From: Acidiferrobacterales bacterium
GTDB taxonomy: Bacteria > Pseudomonadota > Gammaproteobacteria > Acidiferrobacterales > DATGVQ01
Length of the DNA: 59,443 bases
Direction: 5' to 3'
NCBI GenBank assembly: GCA_035300145.1
Contig: DATGVQ010000242.1
Coordinates: 1 to 59,443, forward strand
Position 1 is the first letter of the stretch; each line of letters opens with the position of its first letter. The notes beneath the pieces are model-generated. The model was not told the origin of the DNA. It was given only the letters and a program-made list of their open reading frames with translations, and ran no database searches. This document shows, piece after piece, positions 43,035 through 51,934 of this stretch. The position numbers and the translations under genes are program-made.

Positions 43035-43483
43035 GCAGGTTGTTGAAAAAGTCCATCCATGGCATTTTTTTCAACACCCAAAGCAAAAAGCGGCCGCTCC
43101 TGCGCCTCCCTGCGCTCGCGACGCACAGGGAGGTGCAAGTGTCGCGGGAGGCAGGATGCCGAGAGCGACCGACATTCGTGCATCCTGCACAGCACGGTTT
43201 TTGCTTTGCTTCATTTTTCAAACACTTCGCGTGTTTGAAAAATCCGCTGGGAGCGGATTTTCGCGTCAGCCCCGTAGGGGCTTGGGGGCTTGGCGCAGGG
43301 ATGCGTCAAGCAAAAATGGCGGTACATCCCTATACCGCGATGGGCAGGAAGCCCAAGTGCCGTGCCCTACAGGGAAGTAGTAATGCCGCGGGAGGCGGGG
43401 ACGCCGGGAGCGGCCGTAGCGCAGGGATGCGCGAGAGCGGCCACCGCAGGGTGCTGAAAAACGAGTTTTTCAGCACCCTGCTA
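43035..43483. mobile_element. Composite MITE-like element with a terminal hairpin overlapping the rnfH stop codon
   Basis: Starts GCAGGTTGTTGAAAAAGTCCATCC as at 36727; ends GCAGGGTGCTGAAAAACGAGTTTTTCAGCACCCTGCTA; internal GCAGGGA-rich modules. Confidence 0.75.
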
Positions 43484-43777
43484 AGCTTTTGCCCGCTTTA
43501 ACGCGCGCCGGCGGCGCGCCTCCTTGGGATCGACAATAAGCGGGCGGTAAATTTCGATGCGGTCGCCGTCGCTCACCCTATCGGACAGGCGCGCAGGCGT
43601 GGCGAAGATGCCCACGCGGTTGAGGGCGAGATCGATTTCCGGAAACTCTTCCAATATTCCCGAACGCCGTATTACTTGCTCAATGCTGACGCCTGGTTCT
43701 ACCGATAGCTGCCGGACGATCTGCGCATGCGCTGCAGCATAAGCCACCTCAACCAATATCGGCTCAGCGTTTGCCAT
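43481..43777 (-). CDS. rnfH: RnfH/RatB ubiquitin-like protein
   Basis: VEVAYA and GDRIEIYRPLIVDPKEARRRRA motifs; overlaps ratA. Confidence 0.9.
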   Translation of the reverse strand: MANAEPILVEVAYAAAHAQIVRQLSVEPGVSIEQVIRRSGILEEFPEIDLALNRVGIFATPARLSDRVSDGDRIEIYRPLIVDPKEARRRRALKRAKA

Positions 43778-44201
43778 AAACCTCCACCGCCCGTTGCTGA
43801 AAGCTATCCACCATACTATTGGTAATCGTGGTAAATACGGGGCCTAAAGTAAGGTCCAGCATCTTATTGGAAAATTTAAATTCCAGATCCAGCGAGATCT
43901 TACTTGCGCGCTCGTCCAAAGCGTGAAAATGCCAATAACCCTGCAAATGGCTGAAGGGCCCGCTTAACAAGCGCATCTCCATCGTTTTATCGGCATTAAG
44001 CCGGTTCTGGGTGGTGAAGGTTTTCCGGACGCCGCTGTAGGCCACGTCGATGGCGGCGACTATCAACTCCGGCTCGCGCGAAACAATGCGCGCGCCGCTG
44101 CACCAAGGCAGAAAACCGCCGTAGGACTCGATATCCGCCACCAGCTGAAACATTTCATGCGCGCTATAAGGCACGAGCGCGGATTTATGGATGGAGGTCA
44201 T
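43764..44201 (-). CDS. ratA: RatA/PasT (Coq10-like START domain)
   Basis: SALVPYSAHEMFQLVADIESY..FLPWC, FTTQN, GPFSHLQGYWHF. Confidence 0.9.
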   Translation of the reverse strand: MTSIHKSALVPYSAHEMFQLVADIESYGGFLPWCSGARIVSREPELIVAAIDVAYSGVRKTFTTQNRLNADKTMEMRLLSGPFSHLQGYWHFHALDERASKISLDLEFKFSNKMLDLTLGPVFTTITNSMVDSFQQRAVEVYGKR

Positions 44202-44213
44202 AAAACCTCCCGA

Positions 44214-45422
44214 TCACATCTTGCCTGCCGATGGCAGTACCACCGCCTTCGCCTGCCTGTCCTCAGGTAACAATAACGACGTCGCCGCAATAATCAATGC
44301 AAATAACGTAAGCAATATAAAGAACCAGTAAAAGCCGCCGGTGACATCATGGATAAACGCCACCAGCGGCACGCTCAATGCACTTACACCCAGCGCCAGT
44401 ACAAACTTCGCGCCGAATGCGGTCCCGCGCCATTTTTCCGGCGAATAGTGCGACAACAGACTGTTTTCCACCGGGATGGCAACGGTGCTGAATAATACCG
44501 CTGTGGTCATGACCACAAACAGCGGCACGCCATTAATAAATGCAGCCAGGAACATCAGCGGCGCCTGCAACAGGAAGGCGAGCAAATAGAGGCTGCGCAT
44601 CGAATACCGGTCGGCAAGATGCCCACCCAAAAGCTGCGCGCCCATGCCGCACAAATAGACCACCGATACCAGCGCGCCCGCGCCTATGGTGGTGCCGCCG
44701 GTAAGCGCCGCGGCGCGCTCGGCAAATATTTTAGGCAAGGCGGTTGCGATCGATTGATAAATTAATCCGGTGCAAAGCATGGTGATAGATAACACCATAA
44801 ACGCGCGCACCATCGCCCCGCGATGCGGGGTCGGCTGCGGTTTAATATCGCTCTTGGTATCCACCACTAAGCCGCTGCGCATACAGAACAGCAAGGTCGC
44901 GCCGGTGATGAGCGATACTGTGCCTGGAATAATAAACGCCGCGCGCCAATTGATTAAATCGGTGAGCACGCCCGCAATCAGGGCGGCGCTGGCGAACCCC
45001 AGGCTGCCGAATACGCCGTTAAACCCGAGCGCCTTGCCGCGATTTTCGGCGTTGCGCACCAACCAAGCCATGCCTACCGGATGATAGATCGATGCGAATA
45101 AGCCGATAAGACCGAGGCCCACCGCCAAGCCAAGCGGCGACGACATCATCCCGGTAAAGATTGCGGCAACTCCCATGCCGATAAAGAACACCACCATCAT
45201 GCCCAGCGTGCTCCATTTATCGCCCAGCCATCCCGCCGGCAGCGCGCCTACCCCCAACAGCACATTCCCTGCGGTCAGCAGCACCAGCAATTCCCCGTAG
45301 CTCATCTTGAACTCCGGCTCCAGCGCCAACACCACGGTCGGATAGAGCAGGGTCAAGATGTGCGAGTAGCTATGGCCGATATTGGAAAAGATTTGCGAGA
45401 TACGCGCTGAAGTCGTGTGCAT
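44214..45422 (-). CDS. MFS transporter
   Basis: About 12 hydrophobic segments; GWLGDKW and GHLADRY MFS loops; SIYHPVG. Confidence 0.88.
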   Translation of the reverse strand: MHTTSARISQIFSNIGHSYSHILTLLYPTVVLALEPEFKMSYGELLVLLTAGNVLLGVGALPAGWLGDKWSTLGMMVVFFIGMGVAAIFTGMMSSPLGLAVGLGLIGLFASIYHPVGMAWLVRNAENRGKALGFNGVFGSLGFASAALIAGVLTDLINWRAAFIIPGTVSLITGATLLFCMRSGLVVDTKSDIKPQPTPHRGAMVRAFMVLSITMLCTGLIYQSIATALPKIFAERAAALTGGTTIGAGALVSVVYLCGMGAQLLGGHLADRYSMRSLYLLAFLLQAPLMFLAAFINGVPLFVVMTTAVLFSTVAIPVENSLLSHYSPEKWRGTAFGAKFVLALGVSALSVPLVAFIHDVTGGFYWFFILLTLFALIIAATSLLLPEDRQAKAVVLPSAGKM

Positions 45423-45533
45423 GGGATTCCTACTTATTTATATGAGACGATTTATTTAAAACAACAAACCGGCATTTATGCCTTTTTTAGGATTTAGTCA
45501 AGTTTAGCAAAAACAGTAATGGGATTATAAACT

Positions 45534-45758
45534 TCATCTCGCGCTGTGCCGTGCCACCAAGATCACGTTGGCCAATTCCAGCGGGGCCTCGCTTCTGATT
45601 TGTTCCTGCGCCTCGGTAAGTTTGCCAATGGCCGCCTGGTAGTCCTTCTTCTCATACGCCGATTCGGCCTCGCTCAGTAACTTTGACAGGGGCGAGGCGA
45701 CCAGTAACGTCACGGATAGGCATAGCAGACTGGACGCGAATATTATCTTTTTAAACAT
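45534..45758 (-). pseudogene. Truncated duplicate of the 5' part of the 189-aa gene at 53414-53983
   Basis: First ~69 codons nearly identical, then unrelated RHSAR*. Confidence 0.85.
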
Positions 45759-45776
45759 ACTCTTTTCTCCTCGATG
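45553..45776. repeat. Direct repeat copy A (RBS plus 5' end of the 189-aa gene)
   Basis: Aligns to 53778-54002 with about 13 differences (hand count). Confidence 0.92.
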
Positions 45777-45907
45777 TAATGCTGATTGGTATCAGCGAAG
45801 CAACTTGTGGCCTCGACCGTCGGCGCGTTTTGTCCAGGCGGCGCCGGTACAATATTGAGCGAGGTGGCCGATCGTCCGTCCTACCCCGCACCATCGCAAT
45901 GGCGATC

Positions 45908-48900
45908 CTAGCCGCCGCCTTTCACCTCGAGCACTGCCCCCGCCGAGTACGCGGTGAACTCCGGCGCGTACATTGACTGCACCGTCGCCGGCCCGATGCG
46001 GAAGGTCCCGGCTAAGTTGGCTCGGAGCCGGTACTTGAACGTGTACTCGCCCTGGGGCAGCTGCTCGAAGAAGAAGTTCGTTCCGCTGTCGCGGATCTCC
46101 TCGTACCAGCCGATGCCGAGGTCCCACTTGAAGCCGGACACTAGCCCCTCGGGCTCAAGGCCGGCCGCTCGCGGATCGCGCAAGTGCACGTACTCACTGG
46201 GGTGCTTGGCACGGAGCGAGAGCTGCACCTCGATCTGGTCGCCGGCGCGCACCGCCCCGCCTTCGGCCAGCGGCGTGAGCATGAACTCCCGCCCGTTGGA
46301 CTCGCGGCGGAAGTAGCGGCGCGAGACCGCGAGGAGGTCGCCGCGATCCTCGCTGGGGAGCCGGTCGCTGGAGAACTGCCAGGTGGCCGACGCGAACAGG
46401 AAGCCCTTGCTCTCCTTCGACACCTCGACGGTCGCGGTCCCGGCGCTCACCCGATTGCCGGGGACGAGTACCTGGTTCGCCTTGCCGGTGTAGACGTCGG
46501 GCGCGAAGGTGAAGCGGGTGGGTTCGCCGTTGATGACGACGGTGGCGTCCTCGCGCACCCCGAGCGCGCCCTCGCGCTTGAGGTAATGGATGAGCGAGTA
46601 GATCACCTCGGCGGTGGCGCGGGTCGACTTCCAGTGGTTGAGCTTCTTGTTCATCAGGATCCACTGGACGAGCCCGTGGCGCCGCGCGTCGCCGGGGGTT
46701 ACCTCGACCAGGGTACGCAGGGCGTAGGCGTGAGTCTCAATAGTGTCGTTGTACCAGAGCCAGGCGCGGTCCTCGGGGGCCCAAAAGGTCCCTTCATCTT
46801 TGGTGGTCTTCGCCGAGTCCATGACGCTCGCCCACACCAGCTCGGCATCCCTTGCTCGTCCCATGCGCTTCAGCGTCATGGCGAGCATGCCCTTCAAGTA
46901 GGGCGAGTGCTGCTTCCAGTGGCGGAAACTGAAGGCGAGGATCTGCTTGCGCTTGTTCTCGGCGAGCCCGGTCCAGCTTGGGTCCCGGTAGCTTGATGCT
47001 ACGTAGTTCACGAACGTGAGGAACTCCCAGCAGCAGTCGTCCTTCAGCATCCGGCCCGTGTATTCCTGCTCAAGGTGCGAGCTGAGGTAGGCCCAGCCGC
47101 GGCGAATCATATCTTCGGGAACCTGGACACCGAACTCGGCCGCTTTGGCGAAACCGGCGAGCAGGTAGAGGGTCATCCACGGCGACGGTGGGCCGCCGGG
47201 GAACCAGGGGAAGCCGCCGCTGGCGGTCTGGGCTTTGCGCAGCTTGCGCAGCGAGGCGTCCCGCTCGGCGCGGGCGACCCGCGGGTCGAGCACGTTCACC
47301 ACCCCGAGCCCGGCGTCCCGGCCGCCCTGCGCCTCGACCAGCCAGGGCGTCTCCTCGAGCACCATCTTGCGGTTCGGGTCGGCCGTGTCCCAGGTCTCGA
47401 GCGGCGTCTTGCGCTTGGACATCGCTTGGGCCATCTTGGCCACCGCCGGGTAATCCTTGAACACCGACGCGACGATGCCGGTGGAGACGAAGCGGTTCAG
47501 GGTCTGCTCGGTGCACTCGTACGGGTAGTTCACGAGATAGGGCAGGGCCTGCAGCACAGTGTAGAAAAGCTGGGCGTCGAGGGTCACCACCAGCTGCTCG
47601 TTCAGCCGGGTAGGATCGTCGCCCCGCGCCAGGTCGGCGAAGGTCATGTCGCGGCGGTCCTTGTCGCGGAGCGCGACGAAGCGCGACTGGGCGAGGTGCA
47701 TGCGGCTCGGCAGCACCGGGACCGGGCGCAGCTCACCGTCGGAGAGGTCGCCGGCGCGGGCGACGGCGCGGATCGCGTAGGTGCCGACGCGCCGGGGGGC
47801 GACGACCTTGTAGCTCACGCTGGCGCTCCCGCCCTTGGCGGCCTGGAACGGCCGGGTGCCGTCCGCCAGGCCGAAGTCGGCGGCGGCGCTGTTCCCGCTC
47901 TCGACCTCGGTCACCTCGAACGAGACGCTGCCTTCGAGGTCGCGCTCGCCGGCGTTGTTGACGATCACCTTGAGCTCGGCCACATCCCCCTCGCGCAGGA
48001 AGCGCGGTAGGTAGGGCCGGACCATGAGGTTCTTGACGCTACGGGCTTCCTGCCTGAGCGAGCCGCCGCGCAGGTCGCGGGTAACGGCGTGAACCCAGAC
48101 GTTCCAGGCAGTGACCGAGTCGGGCACCTGGAACTCGAGAATGGCCGAGCCGTCCTTGCCGGTGAGGAGCTGGGGCTTCCAGAAGGCGGTCTCGGCGAAG
48201 TTCGCCCGAAGCGGGACCGCCGCCTCGGGCGCGGCCGGGCCCCTGCGGTCGGCATTGCTCAGGGACTCAGGCGCCAGCGACAGCCCCCGTGCGACCGACT
48301 GTTTTGAGAAGTACCCGCGGCCGGGACCACCGATGCCGTAGCCCGAGATCTCCTTGAGCCGCTCGCCGCTGAAGTGCGGGCTGGAGGGGATGTGGGCGAT
48401 GTCCGAGACGTACATCCATTGCGCCTGGCGCCCGCCCAGGCTCGACGTAGCTAAGGCGAACTTGCCCGTCCGGCCCCCGTAGAGGCCGGCGATGCTCGGC
48501 GGCACGTGCGGGCCGAAGAGGTCTAGGCTGCGGTCGAACATGTAGGCCAGCACCTCGGCGCTGCCGGCCTCGGCCCGGCCTGCGGGCGATTTCACCGTGA
48601 CCCGCCAAGTCTCTTTGGCGCCGGGCTGGAGGGTGTCGCGGAAGGTCGCGAACTCCAGCCGGAGTTCCTTGTTGTCCCAAGGGACCAACACCTTTTGCGT
48701 GAGCCGCATGAGCTGGTGGTCGCGCACCGCGGTCAGCATGACCGAGAACCCGCCGCGATCCCGTTCGCCGACCGGGATTTGGAGCAGCGAAGGGTCGCGG
48801 CCGGCGGTGATCCGGCGCCGCTCGACCGCCCCGTTGGGCCGGGCGATGTCGACCAGGAGCATCTCGCCCGCGATGCCGGAGTGGACCAGGAGGCGCGCGG

Positions 48901-51820
48901 TGCCTCCGACCTTGACCGAACTCTCCTGGGCAAGGAGCAGCGCGGGCAGGTTCAGGGATGGCTTGGGCCCGGCCACGACGATCTCCCGGGCGAGCTCGAA
49001 TTTTGCGCCGAAGGGGTCGAAGGTCTCATAACGGATGCGGTAGGCGCCGGCCTTGAGCGCCGGCAGCTGGATCGCCGCCTTGCCGTTGTCGTCGTGAGCG
49101 AGCTCGCCCCGGGCCACCGCGTCGCCGTCGCGCCAGGCATGGAGCGAGGCCGCCGGGACGTAGTCCCCGTAACCCTCCCCCCAGCGCCGGCGCAATCCAT
49201 CGCCGGGCGTATGGAAGCCGCCCTCGTCGGCGGCGGGCAGCGGCTCGTCGGCGGGAAGGACGACCCGGTCCGGCTGCGCCAGCCGGATGAGCCGCCAGCT
49301 CCCCTTTCCGGCCCGAGGCACGCCGTCGAGGTCGCTCCGGGACACACTCGCCTGCGCTGCGGCGCCCTCGGTAAGGAAATCGACGCCGAAGTCGAGACGG
49401 GCCTCGACCGCCACGGTGCCGAGGCGGAAGCTGCGATCGGCGGAGCGGGTCTCACCACCCTCGTCGGTGACGTCGGCGTGCAAGGTATAGCGGTAGCTCA
49501 CCTCGGCCGACTTGCCCTGGCGCTCGTCGGCGGCGGGCGTAAAGGCGATCTTGAAGGTCCCGTCGGGGCCGAGCGCGGCAGTTCCCGCGGCGACGGTCTG
49601 CGCGGTTCCCTCACCCTGGATCGGCCGCCGCCACCCCCAGTCCCGCCACCACCAGGGATAAACCGGCTCCCGCTGCACCTGCCACTTCACCGTCCCGCTC
49701 GTCACCGGCAGCCCAAAGTAGTAGCGCGCCTCGCCGGTCAGGGCCGCCGGGCGGTTGAGGCGCAGCGGCAACTTCGGATCCTGGATGGTCGCCTCGAACG
49801 TCGGCCGCTTGTACTCCTCGACGCGGATACGCGCCTCGCCCCGCGCCGAGGTGATGATGGTCCAGGATCCGAGGACGCGCCCGGATGGAATGGCAAACTC
49901 GCCGGCGGCGGTCCCGAATTCGTTCGCGGCCACCTGGGTCGAGGCGACCGTCTCGCCGTTCGGGTCGCGCAGGCTCACGGTGAGCCGCGCCCCGACCTCG
50001 ACCTTGTAGCGATCCTCCTTGCCCCGGAACACGAGCACCTTCCACAGCACCTTTTGCAGGGGCCGATAAATGCTGCGATCGGTGTAGATGAACGCCGAGC
50101 GCGCCTCGGGCGGCTTGTCCGGACGGTGGAGAGTGAAGACGCTCTCGTCGAGCGCGAGGTCGGCACCACGCCGGGCGAAGAAGCTCTGCCAGCCGCGCTC
50201 GTGGGTATAAGGGAAGTGGACCTCGCCGGCGGCGTCGCTAATGAATCGCCCCACCAGGTGGTAGCCGCTGGTCCGGTGGTAGTCGTAGAGCCGCACGTCG
50301 ACGCCGGCCTGCGGGCCACCGGTCTCGCCCGAGACCGCGGTGACCATTACCCCGCCCTGGCCGTCGTCACGCGAGAGAAGCACGAGGTCGCCGATGATGA
50401 GGTCAGTCCCGGCGATCTGGTTGTCAGAATTCTGGAAATCCTCCCGGTAGCTCGCCACTACTAGATAGCTACCGACCTTCTTTAGCGGGGGTGTCACTGG
50501 GGTGCGGTGGCTCTTGAAGTCCGGGGTGGGTGCGAGCTGGACGCTCCAGGACTCAAGCGGGGCGCGTGTCTGGATGATGGCGGTAAGCGCCTCCTCGCCG
50601 TTGGCGAAACGCTGCTCGAGGTCGACGTCGTAGGCACGGAAGTAGAGGGTGGCGACGTTCTTGTGGGTGACGTCGATGGAGCGTTTTCCCGACGCGTCGT
50701 GGGTCATCGCCTCGACGTGGAACTGCGGCGCCTCAATGGCCCGGACGATGGAGAGGCAGCGCTGCCCGCCCACTGACTCGGGGAAGGCGCGCTGGCCCTG
50801 GCCGGCGATGGCGTGGGCCCGCACCAGGTTGTCCGGCTCGTCCTCGGCCTGGACGAAGTCGGCGAGGACCGCCATGCCCTGCGACCACCAGGGCAGCCCC
50901 TTGTACCCGTCCAGCCGCCGGGCCAGCTCGGCGGCGATCCGCTTGCGATCGCCGGGATTCGTGAACGCCGCGTGCAGGCGGATGAAGAGCTGCAGGCGGG
51001 CCTCCAGGGCCGCCTCGCGCCGTCCAGCCCCCTGGTGCCAGGCCTCAAGATCGCCAAGGATGGCGGCGATGCGGACCAGGGGATGGACCGCGGGATCGTC
51101 GAGCTTCATACTCGCGCTTGCCGGATCGCCGCGCAGGAGCGATGCGAGATCGAGCTGGTAGACACCGTTCACCTGCTCGGGCCGCCAGGAGGCGGTATCG
51201 GCGAGCAGCTCGACGTAGAGGTAGCTGGCCGCGTCGCGCAGGGTATCGCGAATGCCGGGCGGGTAGTTCCCCGGCTCGAGAACCTCGCTGAGTCCACGTA
51301 CCGGAATGGCGCCAAGCGCCTGGCGCCGGCGCCAGACGTCGTTGAAGGCGCGCTGGGCCTCCGCGTAGATCTGGTCGCTGGTCCAGGACTTTAGATCTAC
51401 CGCCACCTTAGACTCAACCCGTTCGCGTTCGCGGATCTCCCACGAGTAGGCCTGGGCGTAGCTCGTGAGCGAATGGGCGTAATAGAGATCGAGCTCGGTC
51501 CGCGCCAGCGGCGCTTCCGGCCAGGGCTGCTCCTTCAGGAAGCGGACAGCAGTCTCATAGCCATGGAGCGCCCCGCGGAGCTTCATCTCTGTGATAAGCC
51601 CGCGCGCCCAGTCCTCGGCGTCGCCGCGGGCGTGGGCCGCCTCGCGCAGCTCCGCCGCCTTGACGGCGGCAGCCTCGAGCTTCTGCTCCTTCACGAGTTC
51701 GTCCACCGTCTTCCACGCCTCCGGGCGTGGCCGCTCGCTCGCACTTTGGGCCAAGGCGAGTGCGCAGGCAAACCCCAGCGCGCAGAGCGCAGCCCAATAC
51801 CTGACTTTATTCGATCTCAT
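45908..51820 (-). CDS. Bacterial alpha-2-macroglobulin family protein
   Basis: YTDRSIYRP (MG2), VEEYKRPTFE, LRANFAETAFW, LPRFLREGD, thioester YPYECTEQ, MYAPEF; N-terminal signal peptide. Confidence 0.93.
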   Translation of the reverse strand: MRSNKVRYWAALCALGFACALALAQSASERPRPEAWKTVDELVKEQKLEAAAVKAAELREAAHARGDAEDWARGLITEMKLRGALHGYETAVRFLKEQPWPEAPLARTELDLYYAHSLTSYAQAYSWEIRERERVESKVAVDLKSWTSDQIYAEAQRAFNDVWRRRQALGAIPVRGLSEVLEPGNYPPGIRDTLRDAASYLYVELLADTASWRPEQVNGVYQLDLASLLRGDPASASMKLDDPAVHPLVRIAAILGDLEAWHQGAGRREAALEARLQLFIRLHAAFTNPGDRKRIAAELARRLDGYKGLPWWSQGMAVLADFVQAEDEPDNLVRAHAIAGQGQRAFPESVGGQRCLSIVRAIEAPQFHVEAMTHDASGKRSIDVTHKNVATLYFRAYDVDLEQRFANGEEALTAIIQTRAPLESWSVQLAPTPDFKSHRTPVTPPLKKVGSYLVVASYREDFQNSDNQIAGTDLIIGDLVLLSRDDGQGGVMVTAVSGETGGPQAGVDVRLYDYHRTSGYHLVGRFISDAAGEVHFPYTHERGWQSFFARRGADLALDESVFTLHRPDKPPEARSAFIYTDRSIYRPLQKVLWKVLVFRGKEDRYKVEVGARLTVSLRDPNGETVASTQVAANEFGTAAGEFAIPSGRVLGSWTIITSARGEARIRVEEYKRPTFEATIQDPKLPLRLNRPAALTGEARYYFGLPVTSGTVKWQVQREPVYPWWWRDWGWRRPIQGEGTAQTVAAGTAALGPDGTFKIAFTPAADERQGKSAEVSYRYTLHADVTDEGGETRSADRSFRLGTVAVEARLDFGVDFLTEGAAAQASVSRSDLDGVPRAGKGSWRLIRLAQPDRVVLPADEPLPAADEGGFHTPGDGLRRRWGEGYGDYVPAASLHAWRDGDAVARGELAHDDNGKAAIQLPALKAGAYRIRYETFDPFGAKFELAREIVVAGPKPSLNLPALLLAQESSVKVGGTARLLVHSGIAGEMLLVDIARPNGAVERRRITAGRDPSLLQIPVGERDRGGFSVMLTAVRDHQLMRLTQKVLVPWDNKELRLEFATFRDTLQPGAKETWRVTVKSPAGRAEAGSAEVLAYMFDRSLDLFGPHVPPSIAGLYGGRTGKFALATSSLGGRQAQWMYVSDIAHIPSSPHFSGERLKEISGYGIGGPGRGYFSKQSVARGLSLAPESLSNADRRGPAAPEAAVPLRANFAETAFWKPQLLTGKDGSAILEFQVPDSVTAWNVWVHAVTRDLRGGSLRQEARSVKNLMVRPYLPRFLREGDVAELKVIVNNAGERDLEGSVSFEVTEVESGNSAAADFGLADGTRPFQAAKGGSASVSYKVVAPRRVGTYAIRAVARAGDLSDGELRPVPVLPSRMHLAQSRFVALRDKDRRDMTFADLARGDDPTRLNEQLVVTLDAQLFYTVLQALPYLVNYPYECTEQTLNRFVSTGIVASVFKDYPAVAKMAQAMSKRKTPLETWDTADPNRKMVLEETPWLVEAQGGRDAGLGVVNVLDPRVARAERDASLRKLRKAQTASGGFPWFPGGPPSPWMTLYLLAGFAKAAEFGVQVPEDMIRRGWAYLSSHLEQEYTGRMLKDDCCWEFLTFVNYVASSYRDPSWTGLAENKRKQILAFSFRHWKQHSPYLKGMLAMTLKRMGRARDAELVWASVMDSAKTTKDEGTFWAPEDRAWLWYNDTIETHAYALRTLVEVTPGDARRHGLVQWILMNKKLNHWKSTRATAEVIYSLIHYLKREGALGVREDATVVINGEPTRFTFAPDVYTGKANQVLVPGNRVSAGTATVEVSKESKGFLFASATWQFSSDRLPSEDRGDLLAVSRRYFRRESNGREFMLTPLAEGGAVRAGDQIEVQLSLRAKHPSEYVHLRDPRAAGLEPEGLVSGFKWDLGIGWYEEIRDSGTNFFFEQLPQGEYTFKYRLRANLAGTFRIGPATVQSMYAPEFTAYSAGAVLEVKGGG

Positions 51821-51844
51821 ATTCTCTCCTTAGGATGATCTCGG

Positions 51845-51924
51845 CCCGCGCGCTTTCCGTCAAGGTGTTGCGTCATTTGCGTCTGGCCGCGGCGTGGATC
51901 GTGGCTAGTCATTTTTATGGTCCC
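51845..51924 (-). pseudogene. Remnant of a DUF3617 gene 3' end
   Basis: 65/80 nt ungapped identity to 56665-56744; translates GTIKMTSHDPRRGQTQMTQHLDGKRAG versus GIIKMTSVDPRRGEMKMTQHIKGRRVG. Confidence 0.85.
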
Positions 51925-51934
51925 ATATCAGTCT

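Noticed and set aside
43040-43501. ORFs within MITEs (also 16787-17060 and 36695-37024) as transposases
   Set aside because: No DDE or HUH motifs; they are translations of repeat DNA.
43481-44201. ratA-rnfH as a toxin-antitoxin or defence module marking a tmRNA island
   Set aside because: This is a conserved housekeeping pair (RatA is Coq10-like), and no smpB or tmRNA was recognisable beside it.
48695-50464. 589-aa plus-strand ORF (also 54825-56411, 8989-10179, 47075-48010)
   Set aside because: Antisense shadows of GC-rich real genes, with no recognisable motifs.
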